Assembly: GCA_964016885.1 (NCBI GenBank)
Contig: OZ024747.1
Location: 15,128,001-15,192,000, forward strand
Direction: 5' to 3'
Origin: Eledone cirrhosa
Lineage: Eukaryota
Length of the DNA: 64,000 bases
Position numbers and translations under genes: made by a program. Positions 27,398-41,263 of the stretch are shown one piece after another. The notes beneath the pieces were generated by a model. It worked only from the letters and a program-made list of their open reading frames with translations. It was not told where the DNA came from and searched no databases. Position 1 is the first letter of the stretch. Every line of letters starts with the position of its first letter.

Positions 27398-27484
27398 GGA
27401 AAGTTATATTTAAATTGTTGGGTTTAAATGCAAGTCGATTGAAAGGTATGTCGTATCTATTTATTTATAAGACTGTTTATATTG

Positions 27485-27550
27485 TATTTTGTCTGAAGAA
27501 GGCATAACATATTGTTAATATGATATCCCTGAAATATATATAATGAAATA
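27485..27550 (+). ncRNA. Type I hammerhead ribozyme, (TA)-palindromic stem III
   Basis: tattttgt-CTGAAGA-aggcataacatatt(gtt)aatatgatatccct-GAAA-TATATA-TA^atgaaata: 8-bp stem I (2 G-U), 12 of 14 pairs in stem II. Confidence 0.78.
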
Positions 27551-27600
27551 AATATAGTTTTATAAATATAGTTTCCATTTATTTAATATCATATATATAT

Positions 27601-27639
<39 letters not shown>

Positions 27640-27700
27640 AAGGAACCAGTAAAACCCCAACAGCTGAGCTCAAGCCGTTTCGACGGCTAATTCTGGACTC

Positions 27701-27702
<2 letters not shown>
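27640..27702 (-). mobile_element. Family B fragment beginning inside the hammerhead core
   Basis: Minus strand: (TA)n-ATGA-gtccagaattagccgtc-GAAA-CGGCT-tgagctc-AGCTG-TT-gggg. Confidence 0.75.
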
Positions 27703-27757
<55 letters not shown>

Positions 27758-27781
27758 AATAAATATATATATAAATATATA

Positions 27782-27822
<41 letters not shown>

Positions 27823-27837
27823 TGTTACATATATATA

Positions 27838-28175
27838 TTGTTATATTTGGGACTGGTCATGTTGCCAGTGTTACCAATAAAAAGAAACACACGCACCATA
27901 AGATTTTCCCTTTATCTATATCGCTCTGTATTCATTCGTTCGTCAAAGTTCTTTCAACACATATTGTGTGAACTCCTCAATAACTATCTATTTCCTTTGT
28001 GCCTCCGTTTCTTTCTGGTCTTAACCTTCTACTCTAGCTTGTCGTCGAGCAATAAAGATAAATAGTAAATTATATCGTGTTTGTGTTTCTTTTATTTGCA
28101 ACACTGGCAACATAACCGACCCCAAATATAACAATATATGTTTCAACACACGATTTCACATCAATATTCTTCTAG
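27838..28175. mobile_element. Family C mini-element with inverted arms
   Basis: 27838-27893 is inverted relative to about 28077-28137; homologous to 8551-8690. Confidence 0.75.
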
Positions 28176-28192
28176 GAAAAATAGATAAACTG

Positions 28193-28273
<81 letters not shown>

Positions 28274-28326
28274 TTTTTTAATTTATATATATATACATAT
28301 ATATATAAATATACACACACACACTC

Positions 28327-28386
<60 letters not shown>

Positions 28387-28462
28387 TGTGTGTGTGTATC
28401 TGCGGTATGACGACTGTTAAGACAAGATATCAGAGCAGTACTCGATGCATGATGAGGTGTAT

Positions 28463-28506
<44 letters not shown>

Positions 28507-29387
28507 AATAAACAGCCAGATAGATATTAACACACACACGCACACACATACATATATGCGGTTACATCACTATCTTAGATATCGTTTCTGTATCAATATC
28601 TTAGATGTTCTTCTATTTAGTTATTCAGAAAATGGAGATGTATCCATCTGAAATATTTCGATGTTTGTAGGACTTCATTTATCCATATTCTTGAAATGGT
28701 ATGGCAAAAGAAATGTATCAAGCCTGAAATATTTCTTTCATATTTCAGAATCTAACAATTTTTAAATAATATAATATTGGAGAAGTCTGTTATATAAAAA
28801 AGAAAAGAGATGGACGTGTTGCAAGGGTGGATTCTTAATAGGATATTTCATAAACAGTGTATGTGAAGTGAAATAGCTGCTCTCAGAATATTGCCCAGTA
28901 TTCTGTCTAAAGAATACGATGATGTGATTTTAGATATGTATATAGTATTTATAACTTTTTCGTCACCTGGCATCAAATAATCCATGCAGCAAAGGAAGAT
29001 AATACGACCCGAACACATAGACTTCAATGGAGGACTTCACTTTTTAACTATATAATTCATACATAAGAAGTCATCCACAATACGCCATTGGTGATATTAC
29101 AACACTTTTGTATTTTTGTTGTTGGAGTTTTGTTGTCAGACGTGTACGTGTGTGTTTGCGTGCGCGAATATACGTTTGTGTGCGTGTCTGATACTTGAAA
29201 AAATTTCATCTTTTTTAGAGTAGAATTTGAGGTGAAGTTTTGGTTTGAAGTCACTGTCGAAATATTGAGTATATGGACGAGGTCGTTAGTATGTTAAGAG
29301 AGATGTTCCTAAACAATTTGGTTCCTATTTTCAGCAGCTCTGTGAATCGAAATATATTGAATCAAAAGTTTGATTTAAAAAAAAAAA

Positions 29388-29490
29388 ATTGTTTCTACTT
29401 TTGGCACAAGGCCAGCAATTACGCAGTGCATTACTGGTACTTTATTTTATCGACCCCATCAGGATGAAAGGCAAAGTAAACCTCGGCGGG
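29388..29490 (-). mobile_element. 5'-truncated S1 SINE
   Basis: Short variant; similar truncated copies at about 30985-31124, 32208-32304 and 34552-34679. Confidence 0.85.
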
Positions 29491-30389
29491 AAAAAATAAT
29501 GAATCGTCAGCCGCTGATATCAATCAACTCACAAAATACCAGTAGACGTCTATATGAAAGGATACCATGTATGTATTATAAGTATGCTTAAAAAATTAAC
29601 AAAATTAATGTACGCGCGTTCGGGAGATTTTTACGTCTATCTTTTGATATGATACTATAATCAAGTACATTTGTTATGTGTGTGCATACATAATCCTGGG
29701 TATATTAGATAAGTTTCTTTTCTCAACGTATAAGGGTCGAATATTATTGTTGTGCAGGTATAGAGTATTGTAAAAACCATTCAAATTTTTGAGAATGCAT
29801 TCCTGTAAGCTGTGAAAAAAACAAATTGTGTCCGGCTGGTAACTGGATATGCATTGAGATCATTTATTTCTCTGTGTCGAGAAAAAGTATAGCTTTATTT
29901 TTTCAGTTAATTTGATATTCTTCATGTTGAGATGTAACATGTAACGTGAGTATATATTCCAGTCAACAAATCAATATTTTTACAGTGGAGGTCAATTACA
30001 TACGTATGAACAAATATAACTATAAAGGAGGGTAACGAAAACGTATTCTTTTCCTTATTCATAAGAACACTTGAGGGGAGTGTTGTGTGTGTTTGTGTTG
30101 GACCTCCATCGGTTCCGACGACGAGTGTTCCAGTTGCACAAACAACGAAACAGCCTGATCATGAAATTAACGTGTAAGTGGCTATGCATTTTATACACAC
30201 GTGGAATCAGATTATGGGATTTTTACTGTTTTATTTCTAGAGTAATTAATGGGATAATTAAGTTAAATTGATTTCATTTGGAAATTGAAACCTTATCACA
30301 GGCACAACAGGACATAATCATGCCCCTTTACTACCGCTTTCCAACGGTACAATACGTGTGACATTATATAATATATATGTATAGTATAG

Positions 30390-30435
<46 letters not shown>

Positions 30436-32019
30436 TATATATATAGATATATAGTTATATGTTTGTATGTATGCATATGTGTGTCTTTGTCTGTATGTGT
30501 ATGTGAGTGTGTGTGTGTGTGTGTGTATACATACACACGCGTCAAGGGGGTGGAAGGAGATTATTATAGTAGGGAAATGAAGCGCGAGGCATCACGAAAG
30601 TGTTTGATGATCAGTCTGTTATTGCTGACAATCGATTTTCGACAAATGCTGCAGCGTTGCACTGTAAATATACAGATATACCGCGGTAAAACTGCAGATC
30701 TTGCCGCTCTGTTGTATTTATAAGAAATGAATAACAGCTGTAATAATGCAGTATTAGAGAACGCTTGTTGAGTGACGTTTTACTAATGACAATCAACAAT
30801 GGTTCAAATATTTTAGAAGCAGGAGCCGCACCATCTGTTGTAGCGGCAACACACACAGAAGCAACAGCTGTACCAGAAAGTAGGAAAGGGTTACTGACGT
30901 TTAGGGATGTGCACAGCAATATAACATCGGAGGGAAATGTTACAGAATATAAAATGAGGGAAATGTTACACAATATATTGATCTCTATTATAGGTACAAG
31001 GCCAGCAAAATTGTTGGAAAAGTCAAAGATGTTTAAATCAATCAGAAGTAGTTGACTGATACTTTATTTTATCGAACCCCCAAGAATGAAAGGCAAGGTT
31101 GTGTTCGGTAGTATTTGAACTCTGATGATCATGTAGCATGGTTGCTACTACTCAGAAGATCTTTATTTCAGGCGGTACATCTTTCACGGTCCCCTTCAGT
31201 ATATATTCCTCCATATAAGTTGGGATTAGGAGAAAACCATCGCTTTTTAAGAGGTTGATATAGTGAGCTATCACGTCGTTTTCCGATGTGAATATCACAG
31301 TTATTCTCCCGGCTACCCTCCCTCTCGAAATAAATATTTTGTTTGTTTTCCTTCGCCCTTACCTCTTTTAATACCGTTGAGTTTCCAGAAAAGTGGGCCA
31401 CTCACTGCGTTTATTGAGGAAGATTACGCATTTGTAGAACATTGTACATTTCTTAACATTAGAGATGACATCTTGCCACACTGCTAGTTGGACCTTACTA
31501 CCTTTTCTCAGTATGAGACCCTTCGCTTTTCAGAAAGTAGCTAAATTCACTTCGCTGATTTTGCTGCTTTTTCTGCGATGCTCTTATTTGTTTCTTTGAC
31601 ATTGGTGGCAGTGTTGTTTATATTGCTGTTGTGGTTGGTGATGCTGGACAAAGTAGGGAAACTTTCATAGTCTGTAGATATGTTTGGTTGTTGTTGTTGT
31701 TGTTGTTATAGCTGGATTTTATGTCTTTGTTTTTTGTTTTTTTTTGTTGGCACTGTTGTTGTTGACTTTATCGTGATTGTAAGTACAATTACTTCTAGGT
31801 TTTTCTGTAGCTAAGAAAAGTCTTGAATTATTTTCTAATGATTCCCTTTCATCCATCTCGTTATTGGTTTCAACAGCTTCTAAAATTGCTTACTCATCTT
31901 TGCTGACAGTAAAAGGACTGGCCATATTTGAATTTTGGGGAAAATAGTAATGAAATCCCGTTTTCGAACGGGCGTTTTAGCTCGTTCCACGGGAATTACA
32001 GGAACGATATTTCTCCGGT

Positions 32020-32155
32020 GGATAGAACACAGCAAGTCCTGTCAGAAGTAACCGTCTCCAACTGTTCCGGTTGGATCTCCGAGCGAGACCAGTCAAGCTC
32101 ATGGATGTTATCCAACCATCTTGCTCAGGCTCAACCTCTTCTCTGTTTTGCTATT
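32020..32155 (-). mobile_element. 3' fragment of an RTE-clade LINE
   Basis: Minus frame KQRRG*A*ARWLDNIHELDWSRSEIQPEQLETVTSDR resembles RTE KRPRGRPRTRWLD.I.DL.WSRLGI.PEEL...A.DR. Confidence 0.65.
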
Positions 32156-35100
32156 TTTCTGAAGGTAGGTATATAGTTTGATAAAAAAAAAAGAAACATA
32201 GTTAAAAAATAATTGTTTCTACTTTTGGCACAAGGCCAGCAATTGCCCAGTTTATTACTGGTACTTTATTTTATCGACGCCGTAAGGATGAAAGGCAAAG
32301 TTAATGATATGTTATATGACATGTTCACTAGATACCCTGCAAATTGCTGCATGTTCGATGTGTACCAGCTACTTTGTTCACACATATGAAAGTGAATTCT
32401 GCCAAAAGCCTGATTATCAAATGCTCGGTTTTAGTTCTTGTATTAAACCCTTGAAGAAATGCCGAGAAATATTGATCTACCCAGGACCAAAAGAATTTGG
32501 ATTGTTCGTGGTGTATAAAATAGTAATGTAGTAATTAGTTGTAAGGGAGGAAATATAACTGCACCACACGCTGCTTGCTTTACACAGCCTTATTACTCGG
32601 ACATCAACATTAATATAATTAGTTCATCTCAGCTCCATCAACTCATGATGACAAAAGCTTAGCTGCAAAACAATAAAAAGGTTATCTTCACCTTTGCTGA
32701 AATGTTGATTGGAGTAAACGTTGACAAGGTTGACAGATCATGGCTCTTAAATAGTTAAAAGAATGACATGCAGGGAAACAAAAGCAATAGCTCTGTCTGA
32801 AAATATTCTAACATCTTATTCTTTACAAAAGCGTGTGGTGTAATATCAAAGAACATTGTTAGCCTTTTCAGTAGCAGTCGATGTTTCAAACAAAGTAGCA
32901 AAGAAACGTGTTTCCCACTGTTTCTAAGATACTTTCATTTGGAGAAGTGAGTGCAACATGTGTTACATGACTTTTACAGCGATAACAATGAATCATTAGA
33001 AATTAGTTACTACTTCAATTGAATTCGTGTCGTCTGTATATGAATAAAGTGTCTGAAAATACTGCTGACAATGCAAGTGTAAACTATAGAAAACACTTCA
33101 GTATATATAAAGGAAAACGTATCAAAAGTATCTACCCTATATTTTCAACAATGCAGCAGGATTTGCTATTGTAAAGGTGAAATTTAATATTATCAAATAT
33201 TAACAATATTGTACCCAATGTGTCCAAACATTTTAGCATCCCAACAAAAAGCATAGGGCATTTAAATGAATTTCGGTTATTCGCGCACGTTTAATAATTT
33301 TAATAAAAAACGTAGCTGCTGAATTAGAAACATGATGACAGTTAAAATATTTTCCCATTGTTCCATTTGTAGTCGATATAACCAGAATGATGCACAACAT
33401 TCAAAGATTAGCCTAGCAACAATAAGAACAGAGCATTATATCACAGCCTAATATTTAGGAGAGGAAATATATTGTATATAAACTGTCTTTCAGAATGAGA
33501 AGGGATGGACATAAATTAGTCTTGACATGGGATTAAACCAAAAGTAACAGCAATGATAACAAACACAATTAGTAAAAAAGACAACATCAGCAATGACAAC
33601 ATGAGTTACAATAGTAAAAACGATGAAGACAACAGTAGTTAAAACAAACACAACGTTTGAGATATATTTTGGCTGTTTTAATTATATATAAACCTTAATG
33701 TTTACCTTAACAAGGTGCCATTTCGATACACAATGAAGAAAAAGTCACACAGAAAAGAAAAGAAACATTAAAACAAAAACAGTAAAACATCAACCATGAC
33801 GAACAATACAACAATGAAAAGAATGCGTGCTTCTCCAGGGTTTAGAATAAGAATCTTACTGTCAGATGAATTCAATCACCCTACAAAACACGCATGACAC
33901 AAGTGTCAGAAACGGTGTTCTCCTAAATACTCCCCAACAAAAATGACGACTGTAAGCGGCCATCATGATTAAAAGATCAGGAAAATGTTAGTCCCAAAAC
34001 AACAGTCAAACACAGATACGCTATTGCCACTCAAAACAGGCTAATACCATAATTCATGCGGGTGAGAGGTGCAGAAGTAGATAATCATGAATATATGAGG
34101 TTAATACAAACTATAATACATTTTACCAAATGTATAAATAGACTACAGAATGTAATTTTACTCAGTAGATAGTGCAGGACTGAGAAAAACCCTGCGCAAG
34201 ACCCAATAGAGTAACATACATCTTACCTAAACCCGCTTAAACAGCGGAAAATAGACGAAAGAAAAACTAAGTTATTTTCATTGTAAACGAAGCATATTTA
34301 AAGAATACAATAGTACGAAAGGGAAATGTAAGTAATTTTTTTAGTTTAGAGTTAACCTGGAGATTAATAACTATGATAATTTACCTGTGATTCAATAACA
34401 ACTGCATTTAAGCAAAAAACAAAGCCGAGACAGCATTAACCCACAATGAAAACTGACGTCTGAGCTTAAACAAGACCAACCAGGTTTGACGGGATAAGCA
34501 TAAAAATTTGAACGGGCTTGATATTAAAAGAAGCAATTAAAGCGGAACGTTAATAATTGTTTCTACTTTTGGCACAAGGACAGCAATTACCCCAGTACAT
34601 TACTGGTACTTTATTTTATCAACCCTCTAAGGATGAAAGGCAAAGTTAACCTCGACAGGATTTGAACTTAGACCGTAAATGGCGTTAATAATGGTGTTTC
34701 GTAGGTTGTGATTTAAGGAATGATTTGGTTGCTAATTCAAGCAGGTTACTCCATTCCTTACTAAACACTTTCCCTTAGCTCTTGACGATGTTGTTACTGC
34801 AAGAAGTGATAAGAAGAACAATTACTGTAGTATCTATGAAACAGAACAGTCGAATAATGGAGATGAGAGGAACGATATATATGTATTTATATCAAGCTTT
34901 TGATACAGTAAATGGAGGTAAAGAATGGAAACAGTATGACCGAGTGATTAAGACGTTCCCTTCGCAATTGAAACGCCTCGGGCTCTACTTCACTGAATGG
35001 AATCTTTAGTAAGACATTTGAGTGAAATTGTGTAAATGGAAACTGTTTGATGAAATGTACCTGCAATTCAAATTTCCAACTTTGTTACGTATTGTGTTAC

Positions 35101-36649
35101 ACTAAATCGGAATACTATTTTAGGCGTACACGTGTCTGTTGAATGCTCATATGTTTCCATGTTAATTTCATGATGAGATCGTTCTTTTAGTACACTCATC
35201 ATTGAAACCGACATAACTCCATTCAAGTCTATAGCTAATAAGTGAGCGCCTAGGTGGCCATTGGGCCTGTTAGAAATAGCAGTAACATTTTATCTTTACA
35301 AAACATAAAAACACATTGAATAACGCAAACGTGCCTATACCAAAATACAATATTGTCAGAGATAAAACTTTTGGCACAAGGCCTAATCGATCAGAGTTAA
35401 CATGTGATAAGCAACGAGAACAACAAATAAAATCAATTGCATAGAATTTCGAAGTCATGTATCATTTATCATTGGTAAAGGAACCTTATGATCGTTCTTT
35501 GGCCACTCTCTCTTCAAAAAGTAGCTACGTATTCAGGAGTTAATGTTCTATATTTTTAGATCGAGAATCTAGCCCCAATATTGAAAGAAAAAATATTCCA
35601 CTAAAAGATCCTAACTTGCAAGGAACTGGATTAAATCGATCGATGAATTATGTCTTATGAATTATTTCTAACTGAAGCAGTTTTACCTGCGAGATTTTGA
35701 ACATTTTCATGTCAACTGAATTTCTTCCATTCAAGTCTAAATATAAAGTAAGTTTCTCAACGTAAAATGCTGTGGAACTCAATCCGAAACCACTAAGTTA
35801 CAGAATGAACTGCTTTACCAATAAGCTATGCCTAACCAAATATTGGATAAGATATATAATTAATTTTTACAAAGCAAACAAGATTGATACTTTACAGGTA
35901 TTGATTCTTTGTCATTATTTTTTACATTAGCCTTTTTTAATTCCTTTATTTACCGTCTTTCCAATTCTATTTTTTCTCTCTTATCAATATTGATAAGGGG
36001 AATTATACTATATACCTTCTTCCTAACCTTATTGATTAAGCATTAATGCTAATCCCCTGTTAATCTCTAAGAATGAGTAATTAACAATATAATTCTTATG
36101 CATTAGTTATTAAGTAGAAAACTCCGCGAGTTCAGCTAGAAGCTGATAAGTGCGTCATTCAATTTAACGCTGCAAATTCATCAACATGTTTTGTTTTATA
36201 TTTTTGTTTATATTTTTTTTTTTAAATATGAACAATAACAATAACAAATAATACAAATAATAATGAAAATTATTCTGATGTTGGGGGAAGTATAACAACG
36301 GAGTGTAAAAGTAAAATACAAAAATATGGAAAACAAATGGAAGTAAACAATGGATAACAATACAGCATATTTTTATTGTTCAAATATCAAAAGATATTTA
36401 GTTATGAACATACTGATATACAGATCGGCACAGCGTCCTTTTTAGCACAAATGCACGAATGCATGCATATATACGCACACAAATTAATACATATATGTGA
36501 ATATGCGTGTGTGATAATTATACATGCATATACATACTTATCTATCGATATATAAAATAGAATAAATATATAAGTTGTTTTATTCATTTTCTGTAGCGGT
36601 TAAACGAACATTTGCTTTGCTGAAACACCATAACCATGTTGTAGGATAA

Positions 36650-36697
<48 letters not shown>

Positions 36698-36772
36698 AAA
36701 GTTCTATTTTAAATATGGTTTTATAAATATAGTTTCCATTTGTTAATATCGTATATATATATATATATATAT

Positions 36773-37128
36773 AGTATAAAAGAGAAAACACAGGTAAGCA
36801 TTAAGAGAAGGATTTTATCCAGGTATTTACGACCGTTTCATTGATAAGTGCAACCTTATATTGCTATACTGCAAATAGCAGCCACTCAATTATAATTGTT
36901 GTTCACGTCCAAATATAAGGTTGCACTTATCAATCAAACGGTCGTAAATACCTGGATAAAATCCTTCTCTTAATGCTTACCTGTGTTTTCTCTTTTATAC
37001 TTTATACTCCAAGATTGAACGGAATTCTTACAAACTTGTGGAGTTACCCCTAACCGTACGTTGAAACCATCCATGAAACTGGCTTTCTTAACCACGAACT
37101 GGATCACAATAAGCAATGTTCTGCTTCC

Positions 37129-37130
<2 letters not shown>
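36773..37130. mobile_element. TA-flanked element with about 89-bp inverted arms
   Basis: Arms 36773-36861 and 36912-37000 are near-identical; the left arm reads ...caatGAAACGGTC-gtaaa on the minus strand (possible HHR 3' half). Confidence 0.8.
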
Positions 37131-37164
<34 letters not shown>

Positions 37165-37249
37165 AAAAATTGAACAGGGACAGAACAGAGAGGCAGTACG
37201 ACAAATGTTTATTAGATTCACGCTCAGGAGAGTGGGGGGTAGGTGGAGG

Positions 37250-37281
37250 ACGACGTTTCGGGCATAAGCCCTTCTTCAGGT
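37250..37281 (-). ncRNA. Canonical Penelope-type minimal hammerhead
   Basis: Minus strand: ac-CTGAAGA-a-gggc(ttat)gccc-GAAA-CG-TC^gt; palindromic stem III ACGT; only 2-bp stem I; AATAAA about 35 nt downstream, then (TA)n. Confidence 0.8.
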
Positions 37282-37469
37282 AAGAGTTCAAAAGGTGTGT
37301 AGGGGAGTGGTGGAGAGACATATAGCGAAAGGAAACGGTGCGAATGAAAAATTAACAAATAAAGACAAAAATATAATAAATAATAAATAAAAATAAAGCA
37401 TGATCAAAATACAAGGAATGAGAACATTTAAAAATAAAGGCATGATCAAAATAAACTGAAATTAAAAGG

Positions 37470-38591
37470 GGGGTAAACAGGTGGTGGAAGGGTGTGGGGT
37501 GAGTAGAGGTGGAGGCGGGTGGAGTGGGGAGAGGGAGACGGGGTGTCCGAGCGGGGAGGGCTGAAGGTGGTGTGTGTGGTTAGGTGTGCGTGTGTGTGTG
37601 TGTGTGTGTATGTGAAAGTGAGGGTTGGGGGAAGAACGGGGTTGCATGTTCAGGAAGGTGTGTGTGGGGGGTGTTTTTGTGTGTCGGAGGGTCTGTGCGT
37701 GTGTGGATAGGGGGTGGGGGGAGAGGAATCAGGGGGCTGAGGGTGTAAATATGTGGTGGGAAGCACGTGTGTGTGGTTTAAGCGTGTTGTGGGTGTGGGT
37801 GGCGTGTGGATAAAAAAATTTGTTTTGGGATGTGTGTGTGGGTGAGTTATATAGGTGATGGTGTTAGAGGATGGTTGAAAAGTGGTAAGTTACACGGATG
37901 TATGGAGATTTTGGTTGGAAGTCAAAACGCGTGTGGGTAATCCAAGAAGCGGTGGTCGGAAGAGGAGAGATGTGGGGTGCGCGCGCAACAGGAAGTGGTC
38001 AGCAGTGGGAGTGCTGTGGTCAGTGGGTGCTGAGACAGTGGTCGGAAGGGCATAGCAGCAGTCAGCGGAATGGTAGGGAGGCGAGGATGGGTAGGTGTGA
38101 GAGTTGGAGTGAGGAGGGTGTGTGTGTGTGTGTATTAGTAGGGGTGTTAGTGGGATGAGTGAGTGTGGAGTGGGGAGAGAAGGGTGTGTGTGGTTCTATG
38201 GAGGGAGTGTGGTGTACTGGTGTGTGTGTAGTTTGGTGAGGAGGTGTTAGTGGGTGTTAGTAGACGGGAGGTGGGGAGGGGTGGAATGCAGGTGTGAGTG
38301 GGGGTTAGTGGGGGTAGGGTGTGTAGAGTTGGTGGTGTACGAGGGTGTGTGGGTACGTGTGCGTGGGGTTGGAGGGTGTTAGTGATGTTAGTTGCGTGTG
38401 GGGTGGGTGGTGTAAGTGTGTGCGTGTGATAAGGAGGGGGGAGGAGGAGAAGAGGGGAGGGAAGGGATGTTAGTATGTTAGTTGGGGAAGGGTGGTTAGA
38501 TGAGGGGTGGAGTGGGGGTGTTAGTATTGTTAGTGTGGGGTGGGCGGTGAAAAGGAGGGGTGTGTTAGTGGTGTTAGTGGGGGATAAGTGG

Positions 38592-38595
<4 letters not shown>
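37470..38595. repeat. G/T-rich strand-skewed low-complexity region upstream (minus sense) of the 37.26 kb hammerhead
   Basis: Many G-runs, gtgt repeats and a recurring gtgttagt motif. Confidence 0.75.
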
Positions 38596-38632
<37 letters not shown>

Positions 38633-38634
<2 letters not shown>

Positions 38635-38774
38635 CGAAGGAGTTGTGGTAAGGAACCAGATGGACCATAACACACCAGAGTACTCAATACTTAGGGTAGT
38701 AGAGTGGGTAATAGGAAAATGTATGACCCCGACAGCAGAGCTCAAGCCGCTTCGACGGCTATTTCTGGACTCAT
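38633..38774 (-). mobile_element. Family B mini-element, uninverted reference copy
   Basis: Minus strand: (TA)n-ATGA-gtccagaaatagccgtc-GAAG-CGGCT-tgagctc-TGCTG-TC-ggggtc...gtattgagtactctgg...ccttcgtt-(TA)n. Confidence 0.8.
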
Positions 38775-38795
38775 ATATATATATTTCTGGATGCA

Positions 38796-38862
<67 letters not shown>

Positions 38863-38954
38863 ATATATATATCCCATATTAAACATCTTTTATATTTAAG
38901 TCACATTCCTCACACGCATTTCTCCAAACCAAAATGACTGAATACACTCAATTT

Positions 38955-39292
38955 CCTCCTGCAATTGTTTCCGTTTCTTTTTTGCCTGCCACTGAGTTCA
39001 TTTCACAGTACTTAGATATTATTCTTGCCCCACTACCCGCCGACCGTTAACACCATTAAAAATACTAACCTTGCTCTCCAACGGTTCAGCTTCTCCTCAC
39101 CTGACTTGCCTTCTATTCACCATAAACATCATCATCACGGTCTTACTATTCTCTAGCATGTTCTACGCCTTGCTGAGTTTGCTCTTACACTTTATTGTTA
39201 TACTTTACCAGAAGGTTCTACCACCAAATCACTGGGGTAATCATTGGAACAAGACTGCACCCTAGAAAGCTTGTTCGTTGGCTATTTTGAAA
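38955..39292 (+). pseudogene. Decayed Penelope-like element reverse transcriptase
   Basis: Collinear frameshifted peptides AIVS / TEFISQYLDIILAPL / KNTNLAL / LLFTINI / LRLAEFALTL / RFYHQITGV-IIGTRLHP / SLFVGYFE match PLE RT motifs RPIVS, TE.IS.YLD.IL.PL, FTMDV, LRLAELVLTLN, YLQ..GVAMGTRMGP, LFVGYVE. Confidence 0.8.
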
Positions 39293-40000
39293 CCCAATAT
39301 TCCACCAGTAAACTAGACCCACCCACGAGCTATAGGGTCATTACTTCAAGCCATATAAAAACTTTTGAACATTAAGTCACTACTCAGAATCCTTTTGAAC
39401 TATAAGAAAGGAAAAGTTCTTTAAATTTAGCAATAATATATATTCCCAAGTTGCTGAGCCAAATATAAAGTTACATTAGTATATTACGGATTTCCCCCCA
39501 CTACCTGTCAATGTAAATACGTTGGTGAAGTATATTAGTAAAATGTTACGGCGCATTTCGTGATATATCTTCCTTACAAAGACCACTCCTTAACAAAATA
39601 CTGTGTGTTAAAATCCAGTGGTTTTCAAGATAAATTACACACATAATAATATATATTTTCAAACACCAAAAAATGGTAATGTTTCTCGAAACTTTCCATA
39701 ATATTGTTATTTAAGAAGTTAAATTCCAAATTAAAAGTTAATATATTTAAATTCTAGTTTATTTTCAAATTTAATAAAAAAAAAAAAAGCCACACATGTA
39801 TATATATACACATGCATTTGTACATACACACACATGTACATATGTAAGTGCATACACACGCATCCCCATAATATATTTCTTTATTTTTATTTTTTATACA
39901 TCTCTTATATTATTACTTTTATTTATTTTTTTTGCCCGTTAAACTTTTGCCTTTCTTGAGGAGATTTTTCAAATATTTCACTATGTTTAAATTGTCTTGT

Positions 40001-40064
40001 CTGATGAACGAATGCGGACGTGTCTTGTATTGGTCTTATTCGGGAAACCTCTGTTAATTAGGTA
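40001..40064 (+). ncRNA. Hammerhead-like core, stem I unpaired (decayed)
   Basis: CTGATGA-a-cgaat...attcg-g-GAAA-CCT(9 nt)AGG-TA; stems II and III pair, stem I does not. Confidence 0.5.
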
Positions 40065-40089
40065 TTATACTGTATTGTTTATTATACAT

Positions 40090-40143
<54 letters not shown>

Positions 40144-40307
40144 GGCTTCAAACTCTGGTACGAATATTGCAATCGCTTGTCAGATTACAGAAAATGGTGT
40201 ACGGCCAGCCACACAAGCCTGTAACATATCCTGAACATATATATATACCGGTGTGGCTTTTTTTTTATTTGAAAATAAACTAGACTTTAAATAAATTAAT
40301 TTTTAAT

Positions 40308-40432
40308 TTCCTGATAATTTCCTTTGAATGAAACAGTCCTATTCCTGTAGAAGCCATTTCTGTATTAAATATTTATACTCTGCTATGTATTGAGTACCTT
40401 ACTTACTGTGGTTAACCCCGATTGAACCTGGC
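40308..40432 (+). mobile_element. Family F mini-element starting at its hammerhead (G8>A)
   Basis: ttc-CTGATAA-t-ttc(cttt)gaa-t-GAAA-CAG(tcctattc)CTG-TA^gaa, then the family tail. Confidence 0.78.
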
Positions 40433-40962
40433 ACACACACATACACATACACACACACACATACACACACATGTTATATATATATATATATATATATATT
40501 CCTTTTCACTATTTGTTTATATATATATATATGGGGAGCTGGGTAGAACGATAAATAGATATATGCATATGTATGTATACATATTTACATATATATGTGT
40601 GTTTATTTGCAAATGTCCAATGTGTGAGAAGATTAATCTATTAGAGAAGAAAAACAAACCACAATGAAAGCTGTTGTATTTAAATATGCAATATCGTTGA
40701 ATCAATTATGACTTGTGTTAAATATCATGACACAAAAGTATTCCTTGTTCAAGCTAAATTTCACAATAAATAGTTACATTATTTAACATACATTTTGTGA
40801 TGAAAATCTCATCGCTTGTGCACTTATGCATACGTAAATACACACATATACACAGAGATGCATCGCTCTCTCTCTCTCTCTCTCACTATATATATATATA
40901 TGTGTATATATATATATATATATATTTATATAATCTGTGTGTGTATTCTTAAATATCTACAT

Positions 40963-41072
<110 letters not shown>

Positions 41073-41263
41073 TTCTCAAAAGTAAGTGTTCTGATCTACC
41101 TATGTACGACATGGTAAGGCAGCACCTAGTTGAGCTATAAAGGCGTGTTTGTTAAGACCGTGGTCGCAAGTACTTATTTGCTTCAACATGATAAATTGAG
41201 TCAGTCGTAAGTTATAGCTGTTGTACATGTACAAACATGTTTAGAATTTCTGTTACATTTGCG

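Noticed and set aside
30765-31055. 96-aa ORF with protein-like composition (opposite strand has TTDGA, as in hAT transposases)
   Set aside because: No recognisable domain beyond a 5-residue match, and the 3' end runs into a SINE.
32330-33180. Possible ancient DNA-transposase-derived sequence
   Set aside because: No motif could be assigned by eye; many stops.
37925-37985. Minus-frame PHLSSSDHRF resembling the APE endonuclease SDH motif
   Set aside because: Single short motif within low-complexity sequence.
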